Shown here: positions 42,185 through 52,151 of the stretch, one piece after another
Position numbering within the stretch: the stretch's first letter is position 1
Layout: every line of letters begins with the position of its first letter
Assembly: GCA_002328075.1 (NCBI GenBank)
Contig: DCVT01000014.1
Location: 24,846-88,845 of the forward strand
Source of the DNA: Anaerolineales bacterium UBA2181
GTDB taxonomy: Bacteria; Chloroflexota; Anaerolineae; Promineifilales; UBA4811
DNA: 64,000 bases
Reading direction: 5' to 3'
Notes under the pieces: model-generated
Told to the model about the DNA's origin: nothing
Databases searched by the model: none
What the model saw: only the letters and a program-made list of their open reading frames with translations
Position numbers and translations under genes: made by a program

Positions 42185-43888
42185 ATGGATAACGAGAAGC
42201 AATCGGTGATCATCGGGTCGCCGCGGGCGACGGCCCAGGTGTGGCTTCCGGACAATCTGATACTCGCCGGGCCCATCGGGACTCCGTTGGAGGCATATTT
42301 TCGGGCCTTCGGCCTGATTGATGAACGGCTGATTGTTGCCGGGATCATCAACGGCGAGATCCGGGAGTTGACGTATCGTATCACCAGCGACAGCGAGGTG
42401 GAACCGGTCACATTGCACTCGTCGGACGGAATGCGCATCTATCGTCGCTCGTTGTCGTTGCTGTTGGTTGCGGCGGCTCACGAGTTGTTTCCAGAAGCTC
42501 AGGTCTACGTGGATCATTCGCTGCCTTTTGGTGGTTACTTTTGCACGGTTGACGGTCGTCCCAATTTTCAGCCCGAGGAATTGGCCGAGATTGAGGCAAG
42601 GATGCGCGAAATCGTGGCGAGTGATGACGCCATCACCAAAGAGCGACTGCCATTGACCGATGCGACAGCGCTATATCAGGAACGGGGCGATCTGGGAAAG
42701 GTTCGTCTGCTGGAGCATCGGCGTAAACCTTACCTGGTGATGTACCGGTTGCGACAGACCAGCGGCTATTTCCACGGCTACATGGTGCCCTCTACCCGTT
42801 ATCTGCGTTGGTTTGCGCTGCGACATTACCCACCTGGTTTCGTCATTCAGTTCCCTCAAAAGGAAGCTCCCACTGGACCCCTGGAATATATGGATCATCC
42901 GCGGTTGGCGGCCGTTTTTCGCGAGTATCGCCGCTGGCTGCAGTTGATGGATGTCCAGGATGTGGCGGCGCTGAACGATGCGATTCTGAGCGGCCGAATT
43001 CAGGAGGTGGTCCTGGTGGCCGAGGCCCTGCATGAAGGCCGGATCGCGGCCATTGCGCAGGAAATTGCCCGTCAAAAGCAGATCAAACTGGTGCTGATCG
43101 CGGGTCCTTCATCTTCCGGCAAGACCACCTTTTCAAAGAGGTTGGCGATCCAACTGCTGGCGGCGGGGGTTCGGCCGTTCACCATGGCCATGGACAACTA
43201 TTTCCTCAACCGCGCCGACACGCCACGCGATCACATGGGCGATTATGATTTCGAGTCGCTCGAGGCGCTGGACCTAAAGCTGTTCAACCAGCATCTCGTG
43301 CAGCTGATGGATGGCAAGGAGATCGGCCTTCCGGTCTACAATTTTCAAACGGGAAGGCGGGAAACCGGGCGCCAGGCGAGGCTGCTTCCGGATCAGGTGA
43401 TTCTGGCGGAAGGTATCCATGGTCTCAATCCGGCCCTCGTTCCGTACGTTCCATCTCAATCCATCATGCGCATCTATGTCTCAGCATTGACTCAGCTCAA
43501 CCTGGACCAGCATAACCGGGTGCCGACCACCGATACGCGGCTCATCCGGCGGATCGTCCGCGATGCGACGCACCGGGGGTACAACGCGGCCGACACGATC
43601 GCGCGTTGGGAGAAAGTACGGCACGGCGAAAAGAGTTACATCTTTCCTTACCAGGAACACGCTGACGTCATGTTCAACTCGGCGCTGGTGTACGATCTGG
43701 CGGCTTTGAAACCGCTGGCCGAACCGTTGTTGCTTCAGATTGAACCGGGAACGCGGGAACGCGTCGAAGCCAAGCGTCTGTTGGCGCTCCTCCGTTGGTT
43801 TGAGCCGTGCCCTGCACGGCTTGTTCCAGATAACTCGATTTTACGCGAGTTCATAGGCAGATCGATTCTTCATGAGTTTGAGCCTTAG
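42185..43888 (+). CDS. Uridine/nucleoside-kinase-family P-loop protein fused to a ThrRS-like N-terminal (TGS plus SAD-like) region
   Basis: C-terminal half: LIAGPSSSGKTTFSKRL (Walker A), ...ILAEGIHGLNP, ...RRIVRDATHRGY. N-terminal half resembles TGS plus the tRNA-synthetase second additional domain (GMRIYRRSLSLLLVAAAHELFPEAQVYVDHSLPFGGYFC). Confidence 0.65.
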   Translation: MDNEKQSVIIGSPRATAQVWLPDNLILAGPIGTPLEAYFRAFGLIDERLIVAGIINGEIRELTYRITSDSEVEPVTLHSSDGMRIYRRSLSLLLVAAAHELFPEAQVYVDHSLPFGGYFCTVDGRPNFQPEELAEIEARMREIVASDDAITKERLPLTDATALYQERGDLGKVRLLEHRRKPYLVMYRLRQTSGYFHGYMVPSTRYLRWFALRHYPPGFVIQFPQKEAPTGPLEYMDHPRLAAVFREYRRWLQLMDVQDVAALNDAILSGRIQEVVLVAEALHEGRIAAIAQEIARQKQIKLVLIAGPSSSGKTTFSKRLAIQLLAAGVRPFTMAMDNYFLNRADTPRDHMGDYDFESLEALDLKLFNQHLVQLMDGKEIGLPVYNFQTGRRETGRQARLLPDQVILAEGIHGLNPALVPYVPSQSIMRIYVSALTQLNLDQHNRVPTTDTRLIRRIVRDATHRGYNAADTIARWEKVRHGEKSYIFPYQEHADVMFNSALVYDLAALKPLAEPLLLQIEPGTRERVEAKRLLALLRWFEPCPARLVPDNSILREFIGRSILHEFEP

Positions 43889-43901
43889 GCCGGGGTGCCA
43901 C

Positions 43902-44993
43902 ATGGCGTTGCAGGGCAAAGGTATGTACATCTGGCAACTCCACCGCGTGGGAGGCGGAGTGCCACAGCGCATGGCAGACATGGCTGCGGAGGCCGGGCTC
44001 ACGCATGTGCTGATCAAAATCGCGGACGGTACCCGCGCATACAACGGCGCTCTATCCGAGCCGGCGACCCAGGCGTTTCACGAGGCCGGACTGCGTGTAT
44101 GGGGATGGGCCTGGCTGTGGATGGAGGATCCCCTGGGCGAGGCTCGTATCGCCGCGGATCGGTGTCACGCCCTGAGGTTGGACGGGTTCGTCATCAACGC
44201 CGAGCACCCTGCCAAGGGACGCTCCAATCAGGCTCGTGCCTACATGGACGAGCTCCGGCGACAGCTACCAGGCGTACCTTTGGCGCTGAGTTCCTACCGC
44301 TATCCGCAACTTCACACCAGCTTCCCATGGGAGTCGTTTCTCACGGGGTGCGATTGGGATATGCCCCAGATGTACTGGGTCGGGGAAACCCCGGCCGACT
44401 GCGTCCGGCGCTCGTTGGCCCGGCACCGCGAGTTCCCATTTGCCCGTCCGGTGATACCCACGGGCTCTGCATATGGCGAGCAATATGGCAGCGCCTACTT
44501 TCGCGCTCGACCCCGTGAAGTGGTCGAGTTTCTGGACGCTGTCCAAGAACACAATCTGCCGGCCGCCAATTTTTGGAGCTGGGATTGGGCGCATGAACAC
44601 GGCCCCGACCTTTGGGACGCCATCGCTCGGTACTCCTGGCCGGTGGCTCCGGAGCCCGAGCTGGATGTGGTTGAGCGATACTGGCGCGCGCTAGAATCCG
44701 GTGATCTGGAGGCCACGGCCGGGCTCTACCACCAGGATGCGGTCTATGTAACGGCCCGTGCTGCCGTGCAGGGACCGGACGCCATTCGGACGTATCTTGC
44801 GGGTTTCGTCGGGTCCTTGCCTAACGTCTGCTTTACGTGCGATGGCCTGCGCGTGGAGGACCCCGTTCGGTTCCTGCACTGGCACGCGGTGTCGGATGTC
44901 GGGCGCATTCTGGATGGGCTGGACACGGTGGGGGTCCGTGATGGCCAAATCCAATACCACGCCTCAAGTTACCGTTTTGAGCCGTTGACTTGA
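43902..44993 (+). CDS. Hypothetical two-domain protein: TIM-barrel glycoside-hydrolase-like N-domain plus SnoaL/NTF2-like C-domain
   Basis: N: GKGMYIWQL....AGLTHVLIKIADG...GWAW...DGFVINAE. C: VVERYWRALESGDLEATAGLYHQDAVYV...QIQYH. The family assignment is tentative. Confidence 0.5.
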   Translation: MALQGKGMYIWQLHRVGGGVPQRMADMAAEAGLTHVLIKIADGTRAYNGALSEPATQAFHEAGLRVWGWAWLWMEDPLGEARIAADRCHALRLDGFVINAEHPAKGRSNQARAYMDELRRQLPGVPLALSSYRYPQLHTSFPWESFLTGCDWDMPQMYWVGETPADCVRRSLARHREFPFARPVIPTGSAYGEQYGSAYFRARPREVVEFLDAVQEHNLPAANFWSWDWAHEHGPDLWDAIARYSWPVAPEPELDVVERYWRALESGDLEATAGLYHQDAVYVTARAAVQGPDAIRTYLAGFVGSLPNVCFTCDGLRVEDPVRFLHWHAVSDVGRILDGLDTVGVRDGQIQYHASSYRFEPLT

Positions 44994-45091
44994 CCGGCCT
45001 GCGCTCCGCATCCTCAGCGCCGGCGGTGGGCTTCCCGGATCACGTTGGTGGTGGTTCTCCCGCCTGATTCCAGTCAACGAACCGATGAGGT

Positions 45092-46222
45092 CTACTCGGT
45101 TTCGGCCAGAGCCCACATGATCTCCTCCATGACGGCCGGGTCATCCTCGCGGGAACGGGCCTTTTCCAAAGCGCGTTTTGCCTGGCGAACCTCGGTTCGT
45201 CCGAGTGCCCAGGCGGCGTGGGCGCGGATAGTCGGACTCGGTTCGGCCAGGGCTTGGGCCAAAGGAGCTACGATCTTCGGAGCGCCCCAGTTGCCCAGCG
45301 CCACGGCGACATTGCGCAAAAACCGCTCGCGACCCAGGTGTCCGATGGGCGTGCGGCCGTAACGTTGGGCAAAATCGATTTCCGAAAGCGCTAGCAGGGG
45401 AATCAGAGGTGGCGCTCCGGCAACCACCTGGCCCATAGTCGCGGCCGGTGTGGCAAATCGATTCCACGGACAAACGGATTGGCAGAGGTCGCAGCCAAAG
45501 ACCTGGTTTCCGATCCAAGGGCGCCAGGCTCGGGGGATGATGCCTGAGAGATAGGTGGTCCAATAGGAGATGCAGCGCCGACTATCCAGGGTGTACGGCG
45601 CCACCAGTGCGCCCGTTGGACAGACGGCCAGGCAACGTTCGCAAGCGCCGCAGGTGGGCGACCCTGGCGTGGCGCTGGGCTCAAGCGCCAGGTCCACGAG
45701 CAGGACTCCCAGAAAGAGCCAAGAACCGCGTCTAGGTTGGATGAGAGAGCAGTTTTTGCCTATAAAACCGAGGCCGGCGCGCCGGGCGTGTTCGCGCTCG
45801 AGTAACGGTCCTGTATCCACATAGGCACGGCCGCGTACCGGTCGTCCGGCCTCGGTTTGTATCAGGGTCAACAGGCGGTTCAGCTGTGGCAAGAGCGCGG
45901 CATGATAGTCGGTGCCCCGCGCATACATGGAGATGCGACCTCGGTCTGGCGCGGTCAGCTCGGCCGGTTCCGGCCCGAGCCAATAGTGGCGCGCCACCAC
46001 CACAAGCGATTGCACACCAGGTAGAATCAGGTTCAGGTCCTGGCGACGAGCGACCCGGTCAGGGCGGGCCAGGTACGACTGCTCCCCGTGGTGACCGGCA
46101 GCCAACCAATTCAGGTAGAACTGCAGGTGTTCGGCCGGGACGGCAGGAGCAAAACCGACACCGTCCAGCCCCAATTCCAGGGCATGATCGCGGATACGTT
46201 GCTCAATGGTAGCCAAAGCCAA
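45092..46222 (-). CDS. queG: Epoxyqueuosine reductase
   Basis: Two 4Fe-4S motifs (CGACERCLAVCPTGA; CDLCQSVCPWN), conserved YARGTDYH, and C-terminal HEAT-like repeat (...IRAHAAWALG). Confidence 0.88.
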   Translation of the reverse strand: MALATIEQRIRDHALELGLDGVGFAPAVPAEHLQFYLNWLAAGHHGEQSYLARPDRVARRQDLNLILPGVQSLVVVARHYWLGPEPAELTAPDRGRISMYARGTDYHAALLPQLNRLLTLIQTEAGRPVRGRAYVDTGPLLEREHARRAGLGFIGKNCSLIQPRRGSWLFLGVLLVDLALEPSATPGSPTCGACERCLAVCPTGALVAPYTLDSRRCISYWTTYLSGIIPRAWRPWIGNQVFGCDLCQSVCPWNRFATPAATMGQVVAGAPPLIPLLALSEIDFAQRYGRTPIGHLGRERFLRNVAVALGNWGAPKIVAPLAQALAEPSPTIRAHAAWALGRTEVRQAKRALEKARSREDDPAVMEEIMWALAETE

Positions 46223-46347
46223 CTCGAAGCAGTGGATGGACCGTTCCCGACAACAGGGTGAGTCGCCAGGTTCTTGTTACGTGCCGGAGAGTATAGCAGT
46301 GCTGACCGCCAACGCAAGCCGAAGAGGACAGATTTTGCACGAAATCT

Positions 46348-46376
46348 TTGAGGAAAATTGCCAGATGTGGTAGAAT
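46348..46376 (+). promoter_or_regulatory. Candidate promoter for the second hsp20 (and possibly lon)
   Basis: TTGAGG (46348-46353), 17 nt, TAGAAT (46371-46376), about 50 nt upstream of ATG 46425. Confidence 0.45.
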
Positions 46377-46424
46377 ACGTGCGATGAGTATGATGGAGTC
46401 GCAGACCTGCAGGAGTGAGCCAAC

Positions 46425-46847
46425 ATGATGCAGAAGGTACAGGCCGTGGCCATGCTGGAGCGAAAATCCCTCGCTGCGGATTCCGCGCTGCCAGAGTCCG
46501 AATTGTCGGGTAGTCGGCGTGTGCTGTGGCATGCGCGAGCGTGGAGGCCGCCGACTGACATCTGTGAAACTGAGGATGCATTTGTCGCCCGCATCGAAAT
46601 CAGCGGGATGCGGAACGGGCAGATCACCGTGTCGCTCGCCGACCGTGTTTTGGTTGTGTCCGGCGTCCGGCCCGGCGTAGCTCCCCAGGGTGCGTATCAT
46701 CAGATGGAAATTCAGTTCGGAGAGTTTCGGACTGAGGTAAGGCTTCCCTCACCGGTGATCGAAAATGAGGTCGAGGCATCGTACGGAGACGGATTCCTGA
46801 CGGTTGTGATGCCCAAGCGGAAGGCGCTCCGCGTCCCAGTGAGGTGA
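46425..46847 (+). CDS. Small heat-shock protein, Hsp20 family (second copy)
   Basis: WRPPTDICETEDAFVARIEISGMRNGQITVSLADRVLVVSG...GEFRTEVRLPSPVIENEVEASYGDGFLTVVMPK. Confidence 0.85.
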   Translation: MMQKVQAVAMLERKSLAADSALPESELSGSRRVLWHARAWRPPTDICETEDAFVARIEISGMRNGQITVSLADRVLVVSGVRPGVAPQGAYHQMEIQFGEFRTEVRLPSPVIENEVEASYGDGFLTVVMPKRKALRVPVR

Positions 46848-46903
46848 GGCGTAGAAAAGCAGCAGGGCGGCCCTGGAGGCAGCCATAGCATCAAGTAGTC
46901 ACG

Positions 46904-49393
46904 ATGAGCGAACAGGATCAGACGAAAACCCAAATTGAGGTACGCGACCAGCAACCTGTTCCGGAGGAAGAGGGCAAAGCCGCGCCGCAGATTCCTTCAG
47001 AGCTGGCGATCCTTCCGCTTCGCGGAACAGTAGTGTACCCGCTCACCGCGGTGCCGCTCAACGTCGGGCAGCAGCGGTCCATACGTCTGGTGGACGATGC
47101 GGTGGCCGGAGGCCGGATCATAGGCCTTTTCGCGAGCCGCGAGCCAGAGATCGACGAACCGACTCCCGACCAGGTGTACACGTGCGGGACTGCTGCGGCA
47201 GTGCACCGGCTGTTTCGAGCGCCTGACGGCAGCATCCGCCTACTGGTCCAGGGGCTGGAACGGATACGGATCGCTGAATGGACCGGCAATGAACCCTATC
47301 TCACTGCCCGCGTGGAGCCATTTCCGGACCTGACCGAGGAAACACTTGAGGTGGAGGCGCTCATGCGCAACGTCCTGGATCAGTTCCGGCGGCTGGCCGA
47401 ATTGGTCCCAAGCATGCCCGGCGAATTGCTTACCGCGGCACTGAACGTGGACGATCCGCGCCAACTGGTATATGCCATCGCCACCTACATCCGCATCGAT
47501 CTGGATGAGGCTCAGGAGCTGCTAGAGATCGAAAGCGTTACCGAAAAGCTCCGCCGATTGATGGTTATCCTGGGCAAAGAGCTGGAAGTGCTAGAGCTCG
47601 GTCGGAAGATACAGACCGATGCACAGGGCGAAATGGAAAAGGTACAGCGGGAGTATTTCCTGCGGGAGCAGCTCAAGGCCATTCGCCGCGAACTGGGTGA
47701 AGAAGACGAGCAATCCGTCGAGATAAAAGAATTCCGGCGAAAGATCGAGGAGTCGGCTATGCCGGAGGAGGCGGACCGCGAAGCGCGCCGGGAACTGGAT
47801 AGGCTCGCCAAGCTGCCGTCGGCTTCGGCCGAGTACGGTGTGATCCGCACCTACCTTGACTGGCTCACCAGCCTTCCCTGGTCGGCGGCCAGTCAGGATG
47901 TGCTGGACGTCGGCCATGCACGGCAAGTGTTGGACGAAGACCATTACGGCCTGGAGGACATCAAGGACCGGATTGTCGAATACCTGGCGGTGCGCAAATT
48001 ACGACAGGACCGCAAGGCCGAACAGGACGGCGCGATCGACGAACTGCCAAAGGACTCCATTCGCCGAGAGCGAGAGGGCGTGATTCTCTGCTTTGTCGGA
48101 CCGCCTGGCGTTGGCAAGACCTCGCTGGGCCAATCCATTGCGCGGGCCACGGGGCGCAAATTCGTGCGTCAGTCGCTCGGCGGAGTGCGTGACGAGGCCG
48201 AAATCCGAGGTCACCGGCGTACCTACATTGGTGCACTTCCCGGCCGCATCATCCAGGCTGTGCGGCGTGTCGGGACGAATAACCCCGTGTTCATGCTGGA
48301 TGAGGTGGACAAACTAGGAATGGACTACCGTGGAGACCCTTCCTCCGCGCTGCTGGAGGTGTTGGACCCGGAGCAAAACCGCGAGTTTCGCGACCATTAC
48401 CTGGATGTTCCGTTTGATCTTTCGCAGGTCATGTTCATCACCACGGCCAACATGCTGGAACCGATTCCGGGGCCGCTCCGCGACCGGATGGAAATCCTGC
48501 GGTTGGCTGGTTACACCGAGATGGAAAAAGTGCGCATTGCCCGCGGCTACCTGATCCCGCGCCAGCTGCGCGAAAACGGGTTGCGGCCGGGAGAACTCAG
48601 TTTAACGGACGACGCGCTGCGCACGATTGTGCGCCATTACACGATGGAAGCTGGCGTACGCAACGTGGAGCGTGAGATCGGTACGGTTTGCCGCAAGGTG
48701 GCGGTGCAGATTGCCGAGGGCAATACGGATCAGGTGACTGTGGACGCGGAGGATGTGGTAAAATACCTGGGACCGCGCAAGTACTATGAAGAAGTGGCGG
48801 AGCGGACTCAAGTGGCCGGCGTAGCCACTGGACTGGCCTGGACCCCGACCGGCGGCAGCATCCTTTTCGTTGAGGCGGCTGGAATGCCGGGGAGTTCAGG
48901 TTTTACGTTGACCGGTCAATTGGGCGATGTGATGAAGGAATCAGCCCAGGCTGCTCTGACCTACGTGCGTTCCAAGGCGACAGAGTGGAATGTCCCGGAG
49001 GACTATTTCGCCAAGCACGACATCCATATCCACGTTCCGTCCGGGGCAACCCCCAAGGACGGTCCATCAGCGGGCGTGACCATGGCGACGGCTTTGGCCT
49101 CGCTGGTCACGCAACGACTCGTTCGGCCGGACATTGGGATGACCGGCGAGATCACCCTGCGCGGCCAGGTTCTTCCCATCGGCGGGATCAAGGAAAAGGT
49201 GCTGGCGGCCCATCGTGCCGGGCTGAAAGAGGTGATTCTGCCGCGCCGGAATGACAAGGATCTGGAGGAAGTGCCTGAGGAGATCCGCCAGGTGATGAAA
49301 TTCACCTTTGCCGAGCGAATCGACGACGTGTTCGCCGCCGCCCTGTGCGATGGTAAGGAGGCGCCGGATGAAGCACGTGATGGTAGTGGATGA
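46904..49393 (+). CDS. lon: ATP-dependent Lon protease (LonA)
   Basis: LON N-domain ([13 protein letters not shown]), AAA+ Walker [12 protein letters not shown], Walker B FMLDEVDK, protease Ser in [15 protein letters not shown] and Lys in ..[10 protein letters not shown]. Confidence 0.95.
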   Translation: MSEQDQTKTQIEVRDQQPVPEEEGKAAPQIPSELAILPLRGTVVYPLTAVPLNVGQQRSIRLVDDAVAGGRIIGLFASREPEIDEPTPDQVYTCGTAAAVHRLFRAPDGSIRLLVQGLERIRIAEWTGNEPYLTARVEPFPDLTEETLEVEALMRNVLDQFRRLAELVPSMPGELLTAALNVDDPRQLVYAIATYIRIDLDEAQELLEIESVTEKLRRLMVILGKELEVLELGRKIQTDAQGEMEKVQREYFLREQLKAIRRELGEEDEQSVEIKEFRRKIEESAMPEEADREARRELDRLAKLPSASAEYGVIRTYLDWLTSLPWSAASQDVLDVGHARQVLDEDHYGLEDIKDRIVEYLAVRKLRQDRKAEQDGAIDELPKDSIRREREGVILCFVGPPGVGKTSLGQSIARATGRKFVRQSLGGVRDEAEIRGHRRTYIGALPGRIIQAVRRVGTNNPVFMLDEVDKLGMDYRGDPSSALLEVLDPEQNREFRDHYLDVPFDLSQVMFITTANMLEPIPGPLRDRMEILRLAGYTEMEKVRIARGYLIPRQLRENGLRPGELSLTDDALRTIVRHYTMEAGVRNVEREIGTVCRKVAVQIAEGNTDQVTVDAEDVVKYLGPRKYYEEVAERTQVAGVATGLAWTPTGGSILFVEAAGMPGSSGFTLTGQLGDVMKESAQAALTYVRSKATEWNVPEDYFAKHDIHIHVPSGATPKDGPSAGVTMATALASLVTQRLVRPDIGMTGEITLRGQVLPIGGIKEKVLAAHRAGLKEVILPRRNDKDLEEVPEEIRQVMKFTFAERIDDVFAAALCDGKEAPDEARDGSG

Positions 49394-49736
49394 TGACCGG
49401 ACAACCGTCTGCCTGCTGGCCATGTTGCTCGAGATGGATGGCTTTCGCGTGAGTCAGGCCACGCAACCGGCCGCGGCCCTTGAGCGGGGGCGGTCGGAAG
49501 GCGTGGAAGCGTTTGTAATAGACTGCAACCTGGCCGGCCAGAGTGGCCTGGATCTGGTGAAGGAGATACGGGCGGACGAGATCCTAGCCAACGCCGTGGT
49601 CATCCTGACCTCCGGCCAGGACCTGTCCCGGGCAGCAACAGAAGCGGGAGCCGACCTGTTCCTATTGAAACCGTTCCCTGCCTCCGCGCTCTCATCCAAT
49701 CTGGCGGAGTTGGTACAGAGTTCGGGGCCGGCGTAG
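49368..49736 (+). CDS. Stand-alone response-regulator receiver (CheY-like) protein
   Basis: [10 protein letters not shown]......[13 protein letters not shown]......VVILTS.....LLKPF. AAGGAG RBS at 49355-49360. The start overlaps the lon 3' end by 26 nt. Confidence 0.8.
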   Translation: MKHVMVVDDDRTTVCLLAMLLEMDGFRVSQATQPAAALERGRSEGVEAFVIDCNLAGQSGLDLVKEIRADEILANAVVILTSGQDLSRAATEAGADLFLLKPFPASALSSNLAELVQSSGPA

Positions 49737-49883
49737 TGGGCACCAGGGGTTGGCGGCAAGTCCTCGAGTGCCATTCTTATCATCCCGCCTGGGGGTGTGT
49801 TTTCGGACTGATATGAATAGACGGTCAGGTTGACCAAGGACTGATACGTGAGCAAAAGAGCAAGACGCTCCCATAATACCCAC

Positions 49884-51614
49884 ATGCAGTGGAAACGGAT
49901 GGATCTGCATATTCATACACCTGCCTCCAGCGACTACCAGGAGGAGCAGGTCACTTATCTGGATATCCTTCGAACTGCCGAATCCCGGTCGGTGGATATT
50001 CTGGCATTGACTGACCATAACACCATGGCCGGCTACAAGCAGATGCTGCAGGAAATAGCCGATCTGGAGTTGCTTGAACGACTCGGACGGATTCAACCCA
50101 ACGAAAAGGGGCGCTTGGACGAATACCGACGTTTGCGAACCAAACTGCTCATTCTGCCCGGTTTTGAATTCACTGCTACACTGGGCTTTCATATTCTGGC
50201 CGTTTTCTCACCCGAAAAAGGCGTCCGCGAACTGGAGTACCTGTTGCTCTCGCTGCGGGTACCGGCGGAGGAGTTGGACAAAGGCAGCTCCACGGTCGGG
50301 GCGACCAGCGACGTGACTACTGCATACCAAGCCATTCGGCAGGCAGGCGGTCTGGTCATCGCTGCCCATGCCAACAGCTCACACGGGGTGGCGATGCGAG
50401 GGTTCGATTTCGGCGGGCAGACCAAGATCGCGTACACGCAAGATCCCAACCTCCACGCACTCGAAGTGACCGACCTGGACAAACGCGGGCGGTATTCCAC
50501 GGCTCACTTTTTTGATGGTCGCAAGCCCGAATACCCGCGTCCGATGCGATGTATCCAGGGCTCAGACGCACACCGGCTGACTGGTCTGCCCAAGGATCGC
50601 AAGAACCTGGGCATCGGTGAGAGAATGACCGAGGCCCTATTGCCAGAGACGTCTTTTGCGGCTCTGAAGGAGCTGTTCGAGGGTCTGGATTTCTCCCGCA
50701 CCCGACCGTTTCGGGGTACGCGAGCGCCGGTTGATTTTGTTCAATCTGCCCGCGAGGCAGGTCCGAGCATCGTCATGTCTTTCCACGACCAGGCCGCCAG
50801 CACGGGAAGCCGCCTGAATGCGATCATCGCCGATGTGTGCGCATTCGCCAACACCAACGGTGGCACCATTTATGTGGGAGTGAGCGCCAATCCCAAGGCA
50901 CCCCCTGTGGGCGTCACCAACCCCGGACGCGTGATAGACATGCTGCTCAATGCCATCGAGCAGAGCATCACGCCAGAGTTGGAGGTGGAGGCTGACGTTC
51001 AGGAAACCCAGGCGGTCTCGGTGATTCGATTGGTCGTTCCGCGCGGTCGCGATGTCCCCTATGCCATCAGCGACAACAAGATCTATGTTCGGGACGAGGC
51101 TGAAACCAGCCTGGCAGTGAGGGACGAGATCGTGGCATTGGTTCGGCGCTCACACGCGTCTGGGGCCCCGCCTGAGCCGGTGCCGGTGGTCGAGCCGGAG
51201 GCGGTTCAGCCCACCGAGCCGCAGACTGACCAGATCGAACCACCCCGAACTGGCGTACAGATCATCCAGAGTCAGAGCCGCCAGGGAGTGTTTTATCACC
51301 ACATGCGCGACCTGCGCAACAACAATGTGGTCACGAACGTGACGCGGAAATCGGCCCGAAGGTTGTGGCACTATGCCATCACCCAAGAGGAAGACAATCC
51401 TCTGGACCCTTCCACAGTGACTTGGCAGGGAAACATCGCGCTGCTGCGCAAGCAGAAGCGGGGTGGGGTCACGCGGTACGACCTCGCGCAACGGAACCAA
51501 GGCAAGATCGATGTCTACTATGGGGTCACTGAGGACGGCATGGGAGGACCCTGGCTGGACTTGCTGCCGCCCGAGCAGGAGACATCCGTCGCTGCAACGA
51601 CGAAAACGGGTTGA
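49884..51614 (+). CDS. PHP-domain phosphoesterase fused to an AlbA_2 (Schlafen/divergent-AAA-like) putative DNA-binding domain and an unassigned C-terminal domain
   Basis: PHP: [13 protein letters not shown]...ILALTDHNT...PGFEF...AAHANS...GSDAH. AlbA_2: [20 protein letters not shown]...[13 protein letters not shown]...IYVRDEAET. Pro/Glu linker. Last ~130 aa ([27 protein letters not shown]...) not recognised. Alternative ATG at 49899. Confidence 0.7.
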   Translation: MQWKRMDLHIHTPASSDYQEEQVTYLDILRTAESRSVDILALTDHNTMAGYKQMLQEIADLELLERLGRIQPNEKGRLDEYRRLRTKLLILPGFEFTATLGFHILAVFSPEKGVRELEYLLLSLRVPAEELDKGSSTVGATSDVTTAYQAIRQAGGLVIAAHANSSHGVAMRGFDFGGQTKIAYTQDPNLHALEVTDLDKRGRYSTAHFFDGRKPEYPRPMRCIQGSDAHRLTGLPKDRKNLGIGERMTEALLPETSFAALKELFEGLDFSRTRPFRGTRAPVDFVQSAREAGPSIVMSFHDQAASTGSRLNAIIADVCAFANTNGGTIYVGVSANPKAPPVGVTNPGRVIDMLLNAIEQSITPELEVEADVQETQAVSVIRLVVPRGRDVPYAISDNKIYVRDEAETSLAVRDEIVALVRRSHASGAPPEPVPVVEPEAVQPTEPQTDQIEPPRTGVQIIQSQSRQGVFYHHMRDLRNNNVVTNVTRKSARRLWHYAITQEEDNPLDPSTVTWQGNIALLRKQKRGGVTRYDLAQRNQGKIDVYYGVTEDGMGGPWLDLLPPEQETSVAATTKTG

Positions 51615-52144
51615 GAGCCGTGGTAGCTATTCGGGTCGGTATCCTAACCATCAGCGACCGGGCGTCGGCCGGCGCTTATTCGGACCAAAGCGGACCGGTC
51701 TTGCGCCGTTTGGTCGAGGGGCGTCTGGCTGCCCAGGTGGTTCTGACGAGCACGATTCCGGATGAGCGCGCAGCGATCAGTCGGACGCTGGCCGAATGGG
51801 CGGACTCGGGTCGGATCAACCTCATCCTGACCACTGGTGGAACCGGTTTCTCACCGCGTGATGTGACCCCCGAAGCTACCCGCGATGTCATAGACCGGGA
51901 GGCGCCGGGTCTGGCTGAGGCGATGCGTCTGGCCAGCATCCAGGTCACTCCGCATGCCATGCTTTCACGGGCGGTTTCGGGCATACGAGGTCGCACGCTC
52001 ATCATCAACCTGCCCGGTAGCCCCAAAGGTGCCCGAGAGAATCTGCAAGTTGTGCTGCCGGCCTTGCCGCACGGACTGGAGCTGTTGGACGGCGGCGGCA
52101 CGGATGATAGTCATCAGTACCAACTGACACAGGCTCGGGCCTGA
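51611..52144 (+). CDS. mogA: Molybdopterin adenylyltransferase / MoaB-MogA family
   Basis: VGILTISDRAS.G.Y.D.SGP, LILTTGGTGFSPRDVTPEAT, INLPGSPKGA. TTG (51611) or GTG (51620) start overlapping the upstream stop. Confidence 0.85.
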   Translation: MRAVVAIRVGILTISDRASAGAYSDQSGPVLRRLVEGRLAAQVVLTSTIPDERAAISRTLAEWADSGRINLILTTGGTGFSPRDVTPEATRDVIDREAPGLAEAMRLASIQVTPHAMLSRAVSGIRGRTLIINLPGSPKGARENLQVVLPALPHGLELLDGGGTDDSHQYQLTQARA

Positions 52145-52151
52145 TCAGGGT

